From contig OZ244720.1 of NCBI GenBank assembly GCA_965219085.1, forward strand, positions 1,664,001 to 1,728,000: DNA of 64,000 nt, written 5' to 3'. Source of the DNA: Dehalococcoidia bacterium (GTDB taxonomy: Bacteria; Chloroflexota; Dehalococcoidia; UBA2979). The notes under the pieces are model-generated. The model was given only the letters and a program-made list of their open reading frames with translations, ran no database searches and was not told where the DNA came from. Of this stretch, positions 26,881 through 41,216 are shown one piece after another (position 1 is the first letter of the stretch; every line of letters starts with the position of its first letter). A program made the translations under genes and the position numbers.

Positions 26881-28074
26881 TTAGAAGGGCCGCCCGGTCC
26901 CCTGGAGGAGCAACTCGAGGAATTCCGCTGCGCCCATCACCGGCAGGCCGTATCGGCGAGCCGTGCGTGCCTTGCCCGACTGGCTGGATGGATCTGCCGC
27001 AACAAGCAGATCACACCCCTTCTTCGTGACCGATGCGACTGGCTGCATGCCAGCCTGAGCCGCGCGCTCCTCGAGGAAGTGCCGCGAGAACGCGGTCCCA
27101 TCGACGACTACGTTCCCTGTGAAGCAAATGTGCATCCCCACTCGGAGGCTTGCCGACTCGGGAAGCTCTGTCACGGCTGGCAGTGTGACGTCGGTGATTT
27201 CGAGCGCACGCATGACCTGCTCGATGAGCCGTCGCTCGGCCTCCGTCACGATCCCATCTCGTTCAGCGGCAGCGATGATCGAAGCGAGGTAGGAGCGATG
27301 TGCCTCCTCGCGCATGGCGTCCGAGATGCCGAGACTCCCGGCGAACTCCTTCATCGCCGCGTGCTCTTCGTCGTCGATGTAGTGGTCGTCGAGCACCCAG
27401 TCGAGCGCGTCGAGGTAGAGGAGCAGCGCCTCGTCGGAGTACGGGTAGTGCGAGAGGGACACGATGCGCGCCATCTCGCTGATGCCGGCGTCCGCGCCCT
27501 CTCGGCGGAGCGTCCTCGGATTGGGAACCTGCGGCAGGTAGCCGACCGTGACTCCCTTGCCTTCCGACCTCGAGTCCGCGAGCACTTCGCGGGCCAAAGC
27601 GGCCGTCGCACGCGCATCGGCCAGGGCGCGGTGCTGGTGCGTCAGACGGATCCCGTGGCGGTCGCATGCCGCGACAAGCTTCTCCCCCGTCGCGCGGTAC
27701 GTGCAGAGACCGGAGCCGAGATTGAGCGCCGCGCCGAGCCGTTCGAACTCATAGCCCAACATCCGAGCGTCGAACGGCAGGTTGTGCGCGATCAAGACCG
27801 AGCCGTGGAGCCGGCGGGAGAGCGCGGCCGCTACCTCCGAGAAGACCGGCGCTGCCTCCACCATTGACGCTGTGATGCCGTGCAGCCCGGTCGGTCCGAC
27901 ATCGCGCTCGGGATTGATCAGCGTGTCGTACTCGTCGACCAGCTCCCAGGTTTGCGGGTCGAGCGTGACCGCCGCAATCTCGACGATGCGGTCGTGCTTC
28001 CCAAGTCCGGTCGTCTCGCAGTCGACGACGACGAGTGGCGGAAGCGCCGACGACCTCAGCAGGCTGCTAACGAT
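26881..28074 (-). CDS. DEDDh 3'-5' exonuclease (DnaQ-like) with C-terminal BRCT domain; start uncertain
   Basis: ExoI VVVDCETTG lies upstream of the first ATG (27864); AHNLPFD, HRALADA; BRCT ICFTG...SVTKKGCDLLV. Confidence 0.8.
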   Translation of the reverse strand: MVSSLLRSSALPPLVVVDCETTGLGKHDRIVEIAAVTLDPQTWELVDEYDTLINPERDVGPTGLHGITASMVEAAPVFSEVAAALSRRLHGSVLIAHNLPFDARMLGYEFERLGAALNLGSGLCTYRATGEKLVAACDRHGIRLTHQHRALADARATAALAREVLADSRSEGKGVTVGYLPQVPNPRTLRREGADAGISEMARIVSLSHYPYSDEALLLYLDALDWVLDDHYIDDEEHAAMKEFAGSLGISDAMREEAHRSYLASIIAAAERDGIVTEAERRLIEQVMRALEITDVTLPAVTELPESASLRVGMHICFTGNVVVDGTAFSRHFLEERAAQAGMQPVASVTKKGCDLLVAADPSSQSGKARTARRYGLPVMGAAEFLELLLQGTGRPF

Positions 28075-28104
28075 TACGGTCCCCTCTCGGCCGGCCCCCG
28101 GTCG

Positions 28105-29184
28105 CTAGTTGAACATCAGCACGGTGCGGGCCACCTCGCCCGCCTTCATCGCGCGGAACGCCTCGTTCACGTCCTCGAGGGCGCCGCGACGGGTGATCAT
28201 CTCGTCCAGCAGGAGCTTGCCCTGCAGGTACCAGTCGATGTACGCGGGCATGTCGATGCGGAAGCGGTTCGAGCCCATGCTCGAACCCTGCAGCGTCTTG
28301 CCGCCGAGCAGCGAGGGGCCATCGATCTCCACCGTCTGGCCCTGCGGGATCATGCCGATGATCGTCGCCGTGCCGCCGCGCCGGATCGACTCGTAGGCGG
28401 CCTCGGCCGCCGACTTCAGGCCGATCGCCTCGAAGCTGTAGTCCACCCCGCCCGGCACGATGCTCTGGATCGCCTGCACCGGGTCGCGCGAGGAGGCGTC
28501 GACGGAGTGCGTCGCGCCGAGCTCGCGCGCCGTGGCGAGCTTCGACTCGTGGATGTCGACGGCGATGATGGTGCGCGCGCCGCCGATGCGCGCGCCCTGG
28601 ATCGCGGACAGCCCGACGCCCCCCGCGCCGAAGACCGCGACCGTCGAGCCGGGCTCGATGGCGGCGGTGTTGAGCACCGCGCCGAGGCCCGTCGTGACGC
28701 CGCAGCCGATCAGCGCGGCGCGGTCGAACTCGATCTCCTTCTCGATCTTCACCAGCGCGTTCTGGTTGACCAGCATCTCCTCGGCGTACGTCGCGAGGCC
28801 CGCGAACTGCTGCACGCGGCCGCCCTTCCACGTCAGCGCCGGCTCCTCGCCGGGGCCCCGCACCGGACGGCGCGAGCACAGGAACGGCTCACCGCTGAGG
28901 CAGCGCTCGCACGTGCCGCAGAAGATCGACAGGCACGCGATGACGCGGTCGCCGGGGACGAACTCGGTGACCTGCGAGCCGACCGCCTCGACGACCCCGG
29001 CCGCCTCGTGGCCCAGCACGGCTGGCGTGGGCATGACGTAGAGCCCGTCGTAGAAGTGCACGTCGGAGTGGCACACGCCGCTCGCGGCCGTGCGCACGAC
29101 GACCTCGTCGGGGCGCGGCTCGTCGTGGTCGATGTCCTCGATGGTGAGTTGCTCGTGGGCGGCGTGGAAGACAGCGGCTTTCAT
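28105..29184 (-). CDS. Zn-dependent alcohol dehydrogenase
   Basis: GVCHSD, LGHEAAG, CGTCERC structural Zn site, FGAGGVG. Confidence 0.92.
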   Translation of the reverse strand: MKAAVFHAAHEQLTIEDIDHDEPRPDEVVVRTAASGVCHSDVHFYDGLYVMPTPAVLGHEAAGVVEAVGSQVTEFVPGDRVIACLSIFCGTCERCLSGEPFLCSRRPVRGPGEEPALTWKGGRVQQFAGLATYAEEMLVNQNALVKIEKEIEFDRAALIGCGVTTGLGAVLNTAAIEPGSTVAVFGAGGVGLSAIQGARIGGARTIIAVDIHESKLATARELGATHSVDASSRDPVQAIQSIVPGGVDYSFEAIGLKSAAEAAYESIRRGGTATIIGMIPQGQTVEIDGPSLLGGKTLQGSSMGSNRFRIDMPAYIDWYLQGKLLLDEMITRRGALEDVNEAFRAMKAGEVARTVLMFN

Positions 29185-29286
29185 CGGGCTCCTCTTCGTG
29201 CGCCCCGCATGTCCCGGCGAGGCGTCGCGGGCATGTTCGGGCACACCGCGAAGCGGTGTCTACCGCGCGAGGGGCCAAGCGCTCGC

Positions 29287-31371
<2,085 letters not shown>

Positions 31372-31459
31372 GGGGTGCTCCCGTCGATGCGTGGCCCCGC
31401 CGCCCGGCCTGTCGCGCCGGCGCGGGGGCTCACGGGATCATCGTAGCGTCCGGCGGTCG

Positions 31460-31960
31460 CTAGGCGGTGAGCGCCTGCATGACGGCGCCGAGGATGACGC
31501 CGTACACCGCGTGCGCACCCACCAGCATCGCCATCCGGCGCGCGCGGTCGCCCGGCTCGAGCGCGTCGAGGCGCTCCTGCAGGCCAATCGCCGGTACCCA
31601 GAACGCGAGCGCGACGACAGCGAGGACGAGCCCGTAGAGGAGACCCGCGACCCAGAGCCGCTCGTCCCACGCGGGGACGCGCAGCGTCCAGTCCGGGAGC
31701 GCCGTCGTCCAGTCGGAGACGCTGACGCTCCACCCCGGTACGCGCGCAGTGACGTAGGCGAAGACTCCGCCGAGGAGCGCGCCATAGCCGAGCTGGAGGA
31801 GCCCCCCGAGCGCGGCGTAGTCGCGCGCGTCGCCGCCGCTGATCCGTGCCAGCAGCAGGGACGGGTCGGGTGGCTCGGCGCGCATCTCGGGCGTCCGCAC
31901 CCAGAACATCACGGCCGCGCCGGCGAGCCCGCCGATGAGCCCCGCAATCACCTCGATCAT
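31460..31960 (-). CDS. Hypothetical membrane protein
   Basis: Four hydrophobic segments, ending HAVYGVILG. Confidence 0.65.
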   Translation of the reverse strand: MIEVIAGLIGGLAGAAVMFWVRTPEMRAEPPDPSLLLARISGGDARDYAALGGLLQLGYGALLGGVFAYVTARVPGWSVSVSDWTTALPDWTLRVPAWDERLWVAGLLYGLVLAVVALAFWVPAIGLQERLDALEPGDRARRMAMLVGAHAVYGVILGAVMQALTA

Positions 31961-31981
31961 CGCGCGCTCACCCGCTCGCGC

Positions 31982-32740
31982 CTACCACAGCCGCCGCAGG
32001 CTTGAGAGCACGTCGCGCGCGTCGTCGACCAGGCCGTGGCGGCGGGAGCGCCCACGCCGCGAGCCCGCGCTCGAGGGGCCCTGGTTCGCGGGCTCTTCAG
32101 TCTCGTGCTCATCCACACCCGCCGGCTGCGCATACACGATGGACTCGGCCGTCCGGGGCGCGCGCCGTGGCCGAGCCCGCGCAGGCGCGCCACTCTCGGG
32201 CTCCGACGCCGGTACGGACTCCTCGCCGTCCTCGGGCTGCTCGGCAGGCGGAGGGAGTTGCATCAGCGACTGCACCTGCATCTGCACGTTGCCGAGCAAC
32301 CGGCGCAGCTCCGCGCGCTCGGTCGCGGCCTCGCGCTGCGCCTCGATCGCGCCGTCGAGCTGGCGTTCGAGCCGCCCAATCTCGCGTTCGAGGCCCACCC
32401 GGCGCTCCCGAGCCGACAGCAGCAGCTGGTCGCGGTGCGCGATCTCGAGCCGCAGCCGCTCGATCTCCGCGGAGGCGGCGGTGACCACCGGCTGAGGCGG
32501 CGACGCCGCCGGAGCCGCGAACACCGGCGCGGGCCGGGGATCGGGCTGGACCGGGGACGACGAGGCCGGCTCCGGCGCGGGATCGGCCTCCGCAGCGGTG
32601 GGCGGCTCCGGCGCTGCGTCGGGTTCAGCCGGCACGGGCGCGTCGGGTGTGGGATCGGGCTCCGCCGAGGCCGCGGGCGCGGGCTCCGGCTCGACGCTGT
32701 CGTCGGCGATGTCGTGGGGGAGGGCTTCGCTGTCCGTCAT
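31982..32740 (-). CDS. Hypothetical Pro/Ala-rich coiled-coil protein
   Basis: Low-complexity N-terminus, central heptads (ERAELRRLLGN); fits gene order. Confidence 0.6.
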   Translation of the reverse strand: MTDSEALPHDIADDSVEPEPAPAASAEPDPTPDAPVPAEPDAAPEPPTAAEADPAPEPASSSPVQPDPRPAPVFAAPAASPPQPVVTAASAEIERLRLEIAHRDQLLLSARERRVGLEREIGRLERQLDGAIEAQREAATERAELRRLLGNVQMQVQSLMQLPPPAEQPEDGEESVPASEPESGAPARARPRRAPRTAESIVYAQPAGVDEHETEEPANQGPSSAGSRRGRSRRHGLVDDARDVLSSLRRLW

Positions 32741-32764
32741 CTCGGCCGGGATGGTACACGGCCT

Positions 32765-33817
32765 CTACGCGTCCGGGCGCGCCGCGGCGACGACCTCCCC
32801 GAATCCCGCGCCCTCCGGCCGCCCGAGGCCATCGAGGGTGCACTCGCGCGGATCCTTGTCGGGTCGCCAGCGCTCAAAGCGCGCGGCGTGGCGGAGGCGG
32901 CCCCCGGTCGTCTGGTCGTAGCTCACCTCGACCACCACCTCCGGCCGGACCGGCACGAACCCTGCGTCGCGACCCTGCGACCAGCGGCTCTCCATGCCCG
33001 GGTGGCGCGCGTCCTCGCCGAAGCTCGCCTCCGCGCGCAGCGCCCCGAAGCGCGCGAGCAGCGCCACGCGCTCCTCGTCCGCGAACCCCGAGATGTGCCC
33101 CACGAAGTGCATCCGCCCTGCTGCGTCGTACATGCCGAGCAGCAGCGAGCCGATGCGGTCGCCCTCCTTGTGCACCCGGTACCCGCCCACGACGACGTCG
33201 ATGGTGCGGCGGTGCTTGATCTTCAGCATCTCGCGCTTGCCCTCGACGTATCTGCCGTCGAGCCGCTTCGCGACGATGCCGTCGCAGCCCGCCGCCTCGA
33301 AGCGCGCGTGCCACTCCTCGGCGGTCGCGAGGTCGCGCGTCGACGGGGTCAGCGACCACGGTGCGCCGAGGCCCGCGAGCAGGGCGGCGAGGCGCGCGCG
33401 GCGCAGCTCGAACGGCTGGGCGCGCAGGTCCTCGCCACCGATCGCGAGCAGGTCGAAGGCGACGAGCTGCGCCGGCGTCTCCGCCGACAGCCGCTCGATG
33501 CGCGACGCGGCGGGGTGGATGCGCTGCTGCAGCGCGTCGAAGTCCGTTACGTCGCCGGTCACCACCACGATCTCGCCGTCGACGACGGTGCCCCCGGGCA
33601 GTGCGTCGAGGGCGTCGCGCAGCTCGGGGAAGTAGCGCAGCAGCGGGCGCTCGTTGCGGCTGTCGAGGCGGGGTTCGCCGTCGGGGCCGACGCTCCAGGC
33701 GAGCGCGCGGAAGCCGTCCCACTTCGGCTCGTAGGCCCAGCCGGGCGGATCGGGGAAGCGTTCGCGGACGCGCGCTTCCATGGGCTTGCGAGGCGCGTCG
33801 AACGGCCACTCGGGCAT
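32765..33817 (-). CDS. ligC: ATP-dependent DNA ligase, LigC-like
   Basis: YEPKWDGFR adenylation motif, LLRYFPEL, VDGEIV, DGIVAK, VVEVSYD. Confidence 0.9.
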   Translation of the reverse strand: MPEWPFDAPRKPMEARVRERFPDPPGWAYEPKWDGFRALAWSVGPDGEPRLDSRNERPLLRYFPELRDALDALPGGTVVDGEIVVVTGDVTDFDALQQRIHPAASRIERLSAETPAQLVAFDLLAIGGEDLRAQPFELRRARLAALLAGLGAPWSLTPSTRDLATAEEWHARFEAAGCDGIVAKRLDGRYVEGKREMLKIKHRRTIDVVVGGYRVHKEGDRIGSLLLGMYDAAGRMHFVGHISGFADEERVALLARFGALRAEASFGEDARHPGMESRWSQGRDAGFVPVRPEVVVEVSYDQTTGGRLRHAARFERWRPDKDPRECTLDGLGRPEGAGFGEVVAAARPDA

Positions 33818-33943
33818 GTGCGGGACGGTAGCATGGCGGCTGCCGGGCGGCGTCGTGCCGGGATCGGCGGCATCACGGCCATATTCCACGCTACAATCTT
33901 GGAGGCGGGCAGTCGCGCCCCCGCGATGAAGGAGCTATTACGA

Positions 33944-35374
33944 ATGACCATCGAGCAGGTCACCCCGAGCTACCAGATCGAGTCGTTTGGCAACCTCGAG
34001 GACTACATGGAGGAGCCCTACGAGGCGATCAACCTCCATAACTTCGAGAAGGTTCCGCAACTCGCCGCCCTCCCGGCCGACCTGCGCTCCGAGATCCGGG
34101 TGGTCGGCAACGTGTTGCCGTTCAAGGCGAACAAGTACGTGATCGACCACCTCATCAACTGGGACAACGTGCCGGACGACCCGATGTACCGGCTCACCTT
34201 CCCGAAGCGCGAGATGCTCGAGCCCGAGGCCTACCGGCGCATCGAGACCATGCTCGATGCGGGCGCCACGGACGAGGAGATGAAGCAGGCCGCCGACGAG
34301 ATCCGGTGGACGCTCAACCCACACCCGGCCGGCCAGATGGAACACAACGTGCCGGCGCTCGACGGCCGCCCACTCAATGGCATGCAGCACAAGTATCGCG
34401 AGACCGTGCTGTTCTTCCCCAGCCAGGGCCAGACCTGCCACGCGTACTGCACGTTCTGCTTCCGCTGGCCGCAGTTCGTCGGCCTCGAGGACCAGAAGTT
34501 CGCGATGCGCGAGGCCACGCTGCTGCGTGACTACGTGGAGGCGCACCCCGACGTCTCGGACATCCTGTTCACCGGCGGCGACCCGCTGATCATGAAGACG
34601 CGCGTGCTGCGCCGCTACATCGAGCCCCTGCTCGAGCCCGGCGCGGCGCCCAACATCTCAACGATCCGCCTCGGCTCGAAGGCGCTGGCCTACTGGCCGC
34701 AACGCTTCGTCTCCGACGACGACGCCGAGGATCTGCTCGATCTGTTCCGCGAGGTGGTGGCCTCGGGCCGGCAGTTGTCGTTCATGGCGCACTTCAGCCA
34801 TCCGGTCGAGCTCGAAACGTCGATCGTGCAGGAGGCGATCCGCGCGATCCGGAGCACGGGCGCGCAAATCCGCACCCAGACGCCGCTGCTGCGGCACATC
34901 AACGCCGACGCGGCCACGATGGCGAGGATGTGGCGGCTCCAGACGCAGCTCGGCTGCATCCCCTACTACCTGTTCGTGGAGCGCGACACCGGCGCGCGGC
35001 GCTACTTCGAGCTACCGCTCGTGCAGTGCTGGGAGATCTTCCGCGAGGCCTACTCCTCGGTCGGCGGCAACTCGCGCACCGTGCGCGGGCCGAGCATGTC
35101 GGCGACGCCGGGCAAGGTGCAGGTGCTCGGGGTGACCGAGGTCGCCGGCGAGCGCGTGATCATGCTGCGCATGCTGCAGGGCCGCAATCCGGAGTGGGTC
35201 GGCCGCCCGTTCTTCGCGAAGTACGACGACAAGGCGAGTTGGCTTGACGCCCTCGAGCCCGCGTTCGGCGAGGAGAAGTTCTTCTTCGACGAAGAGCTGG
35301 ACGAGATGCTGTCCGTCCAGGGCAGCCCGTGGTCGCGCAATGACCTCAGCCTGCCGATGGCGAGCCCCAACTAG
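33944..35374 (+). CDS. KamA-like radical SAM protein (lysine 2,3-aminomutase family)
   Basis: QHKYRETVL, CHAYCTFC, LFTGGDP, PYYLF; -10 TACAAT upstream. Confidence 0.85.
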   Translation: MTIEQVTPSYQIESFGNLEDYMEEPYEAINLHNFEKVPQLAALPADLRSEIRVVGNVLPFKANKYVIDHLINWDNVPDDPMYRLTFPKREMLEPEAYRRIETMLDAGATDEEMKQAADEIRWTLNPHPAGQMEHNVPALDGRPLNGMQHKYRETVLFFPSQGQTCHAYCTFCFRWPQFVGLEDQKFAMREATLLRDYVEAHPDVSDILFTGGDPLIMKTRVLRRYIEPLLEPGAAPNISTIRLGSKALAYWPQRFVSDDDAEDLLDLFREVVASGRQLSFMAHFSHPVELETSIVQEAIRAIRSTGAQIRTQTPLLRHINADAATMARMWRLQTQLGCIPYYLFVERDTGARRYFELPLVQCWEIFREAYSSVGGNSRTVRGPSMSATPGKVQVLGVTEVAGERVIMLRMLQGRNPEWVGRPFFAKYDDKASWLDALEPAFGEEKFFFDEELDEMLSVQGSPWSRNDLSLPMASPN

Positions 35375-35406
35375 GCAGGGCGCCGAATCTCGAACCTGGG
35401 CCGATG

Positions 35407-35775
35407 CTAGGCGGGCGAGCCGTCCGGCTCCTCCGTCACCGGGACGCCGGGGATGGGTAAGACCATCTCGGCGTCGCCGGTGTCGAGGCCGCGTGGCTCG
35501 CGGTGCTCGAAGCGGCTGATCGGCACCGCCGGCAACGTCTCGACGTGCGCGCCCGCGCGCACCCCGTACTCGAGCGAGAACTGCGCGATCGCCTGGTTGT
35601 CGTCGGCCTCGACCATACTGATGAAGTCGTAGTGGCCGAGCACCCCGTAGAGGCCGAGGCACTCGACGCCGGGCTGCTCCGTCTCGCGCTCGATGCGTAG
35701 CAGCCGCGCCGGATCCTCGAACGAGGCCTCGCGGCCCTCGGGCGTCAGCGTGATCAGCAGGAAGTACGTCGCCAT
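35407..35775 (-). CDS. GYD domain protein
   Basis: MATYFLLITLT, LGHYDF, VETLPA. Confidence 0.8.
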   Translation of the reverse strand: MATYFLLITLTPEGREASFEDPARLLRIERETEQPGVECLGLYGVLGHYDFISMVEADDNQAIAQFSLEYGVRAGAHVETLPAVPISRFEHREPRGLDTGDAEMVLPIPGVPVTEEPDGSPA

Positions 35776-35984
35776 CGTCGTGCTCCGTCGTCCGCGCGGC
35801 GCGGCACATCACCGCGCCCGTGCTCGCGCGCCATTGTGGCATCCGAGGCCAACTCGCGGGCAGCGATCGCGCGACGGAACGCGCTGGAATGGAGCACAGA
35901 GGGAGCGGCAATGCCGACCCCTCTGGGCTACCGGGCAGGGCTTAGTGCGTAACCTCGGTTAACACGTCCGCCCGGCAGCCCTTC

Positions 35985-36066
35985 GCTACCGCGTCTCGGC
36001 GGGCTACGCCCGCCCCGCGGACGCCTCGAGCGAGGGCTACGTGTTCGCGTTCCTGATCCGCGCGGT
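35985..36066 (+). repeat. 82-bp inverted copy of a serine hydrolase 3' segment (17811-17892)
   Basis: 2 mismatches in 82 bp; encodes YRVSAGYARPADAxSEGYVFAFLIRAV. Confidence 0.88.
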
Positions 36067-36085
36067 ATGTCTCTGGAGTAGGGGA

Positions 36086-36922
36086 CTAGGCAGGTGCCGC
36101 GAGCCCGAGCGCGGCCGCCAAGTCGGCGCGAGGGCTCTCCGACGACCAGCGTATGAGGCCGTCCGAATACTGTTCAAGTGCGTCAATTGTGCTCGGATCC
36201 CAGAGATCAGCGGCCCGGCCCGTGTCGTCCATGACCGCTAAGAATCGGTATGGCTCCCTGGGGGAGAGCACTTCGTTGTGGGCTGCCTGGAAAGCCTCTC
36301 TCACATCCACGATCCGGAAAATAAACCTCTCAGCCTTGCTGGTGAGAACGTTCCGAGAAGTCCCACTGAGTGGCTGGAGCAACGCGTTCGCCGCGCCGTT
36401 GACGTGGAAGCTGAATCTGCGCGGGCCTGTGCGGCCTCGGACAGTCAGATCGCGCTGGTACTGGGCTCCGACGCTGATGAGTTCGACCTCAACACGTTCT
36501 TCGAACCTGACAGTCCCGCGCTCGCGTCGACGGTAAATCAGGTAAGAGGTGTGCTGAGCCGCGCGGGCCACTGCCGCTAGTGTCCAAGCGAAGCTGGGCT
36601 CGTCCGTTTCCAGCAAGATTTCTTCGTCTTCGATGTGAACGCCGAAGGACTCGCCTATCGCATTGAGCTGCTGCTGGAACGGAGCGTTGCGCCGGACCGC
36701 GAGACCGCTCAGGCGAAGGTAGTCGATGGTCTCGCCACCGTCCGTGACTACGAGTCGCCCGTCGGCCCCTTCGTCGATCCGGAGTACGACGGGATCATTG
36801 TCGTGGCGCAAGAACGGAGTGACCACGAAACACGCACCTGCCTGCTCGTACGCCTCGAACTCAGCGGCGAGGTATTCTCTCACCAGCGCTAAGCGTGCTT
36901 CGCAGGATTGATCGGAAGTCAC
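36086..36922 (-). CDS. DUF1828-like domain protein
   Basis: VVTPFLRHDNDPV...LVVTDGGETIDYL; C-terminal VRGRTG..FSF nuclease-like segment. Confidence 0.75.
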   Translation of the reverse strand: MTSDQSCEARLALVREYLAAEFEAYEQAGACFVVTPFLRHDNDPVVLRIDEGADGRLVVTDGGETIDYLRLSGLAVRRNAPFQQQLNAIGESFGVHIEDEEILLETDEPSFAWTLAAVARAAQHTSYLIYRRRERGTVRFEERVEVELISVGAQYQRDLTVRGRTGPRRFSFHVNGAANALLQPLSGTSRNVLTSKAERFIFRIVDVREAFQAAHNEVLSPREPYRFLAVMDDTGRAADLWDPSTIDALEQYSDGLIRWSSESPRADLAAALGLAAPA

Positions 36923-37380
36923 GCGCCACCTCCGATGCCTGGCAGTTCAGGGGCATAGCCCCCCGGCTCCTCTATAGTAATCCCGCATTCAGCCAGAAAG
37001 CTCATGAGGATGCTGTCGCGCGAGGCGGTATCGATGTCGGTCGGAATGTAAGCTCGCCGGTCCTCATGCACGTCGTCCCAATCGTGCTTGTGCTCTCCCG
37101 CGATGCGTTGCCCGTCGGGGTTCCGATGTGGCCCCCTGCTCTCCCACCGGCGTATGCACACTCCGCGGTAGATGAACGCGCACTTGGTCTCGTACTGCGT
37201 GAAGGTAGCCTCGATTCTCCCGAGGACTGCCATTTGCGGGTCGTTCCGGTCTGGAACGCGCACCGAGAACCTGCACTCGAACTTAGGTGTCCTCCCGGGT
37301 CTACTCGTCCACTCGAACTGCTCCGTGACTTGCTTCGGGACAGCGAGAACCCAAGCGACTTCGTCGTTGGTCAGGGTCAT
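36919..37380 (-). CDS. Hypothetical protein (DUF6978-like partner of DUF1828)
   Basis: HRNPDG...HKH motif; GGAGG RBS; 4-bp overlap with the DUF1828 gene. Confidence 0.65.
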   Translation of the reverse strand: MTLTNDEVAWVLAVPKQVTEQFEWTSRPGRTPKFECRFSVRVPDRNDPQMAVLGRIEATFTQYETKCAFIYRGVCIRRWESRGPHRNPDGQRIAGEHKHDWDDVHEDRRAYIPTDIDTASRDSILMSFLAECGITIEEPGGYAPELPGIGGGA

Positions 37381-37422
37381 TTGCCTCCGCTTGGCGCGCT
37401 CGAAACCGTCACGTACGTACCC

Positions 37423-40107
<2,685 letters not shown>

Positions 40108-40181
40108 ATCGGCTCCGATCAGTTCCGCCGCTATGGTAACGGAAGCCCGCCGCGATGATGGCGGCGGCGGACGGTCGCTGA

Positions 40182-41210
40182 TCAGTCGCCGTCGCCCACG
40201 GGCAACCGTCCGAGGATCGCCTCCACGCGGGGGGCGAAGACTGCCTTGAGCCCCGGGAGGTGGTCGAGCATCCAGACCCTGATCTCCTCCCGTTCCTCGG
40301 GCGGATCGTGGATCGCCCCGTCGCGCCGGATGCTGATGCTGGAGAACGCGTAGGAGTCGTGCCTGCGCCAGTCCAACTCCGGCGACGGGGCGTCCCCCTC
40401 AGCCTGCTCGCGGTCCCCCACGAGTTCGGCGAACTCCGCCTCGATCTCCTCGCGGGCGGCGTGGAGTTCGTCGAAGATGCGGTTAGTTCGCTCGATGTCG
40501 TCCGTGCGGATGTGGAACGTGACCCAGGCGTCGTTCTGTCCCTCGAGGGATACCGCGTAGCCGATGTGCTCCCCGATCGCGGGGGTGAAGAATCGGCCGG
40601 TACGGTCGAAGAGCTGCCGAGCACCGGCGGCGAAGCCCGTCCGCATGAGTTCGGCGGTCAGCGGCTGGAAGAAGTCGTCGTAGAGCTGGCCCTCCTCCGA
40701 CTGGGCGCCGTCGGGCGCCGTGGAGTCCTAGTCCCAGCCGCCGGGCCACACCACCCTGCGAAACCGCGGCTCGAGTTCCGTGGAGCCTTCTCGCCCGACG
40801 ACCTCGACCCGGACGCCGTAGAAGCTGATCCCGTCGCGGGTCCATTCGTTGAGCCGGTGCAGGGCCTCGGCGAGTTGACGCCGGAACTCGGGCGCGACCC
40901 ACACCGCGACGCGTGCATCGCGCCCCGTCGCGTAGGTGAGCAACTGGCCGAGGTGGAGAAGGTCGCTCCACTCCAACTGGTTCTCGATCGCAACCAGCAC
41001 GTCACCGCCGTCCTCGCCGGGCGCCTTCGCCAGGATGTCGAGTAAGTACGGGCCTACCGGCGCCTCTTGCCTGACCTCCTCCAGCGTCAGCCCCAACTCC
41101 GCGCCGAGGGGGTCGAGGTGCTCCGCCAGCCACGGCGTGAAGTCGTACGCCTCGCTGGGCCACATTGAGTGGACGTCGACGCGCTGCACGTCTTCCCCGG
41201 ACGCAGTCAT
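40182..41210 (-). pseudogene. NucS-like PD-(D/E)XK nuclease plus DUF4268-like domain, interrupted by an in-frame TAG at 40728-40730
   Basis: DFTPWL, DILA, IENQL..SD..HLGQLLTY; downstream ORF is in the same frame; ELDWRR C-terminal domain. Confidence 0.75.
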
Positions 41211-41216
41211 GGCGGT

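Noticed and set aside
32036-33943. Long N-terminal extension of the 1112-aa ORF and other long Arg/Ala/Pro-rich ORFs in the track
   Set aside because: These are shadow or antisense frames of real genes in high-GC DNA; the KamA-like gene starts at about 33944.
35985-36066. DGR template/variable repeat pair with 17811-17892
   Set aside because: Only two differences, not both at adenines of the same copy and strand, and there is no reverse transcriptase in the window.
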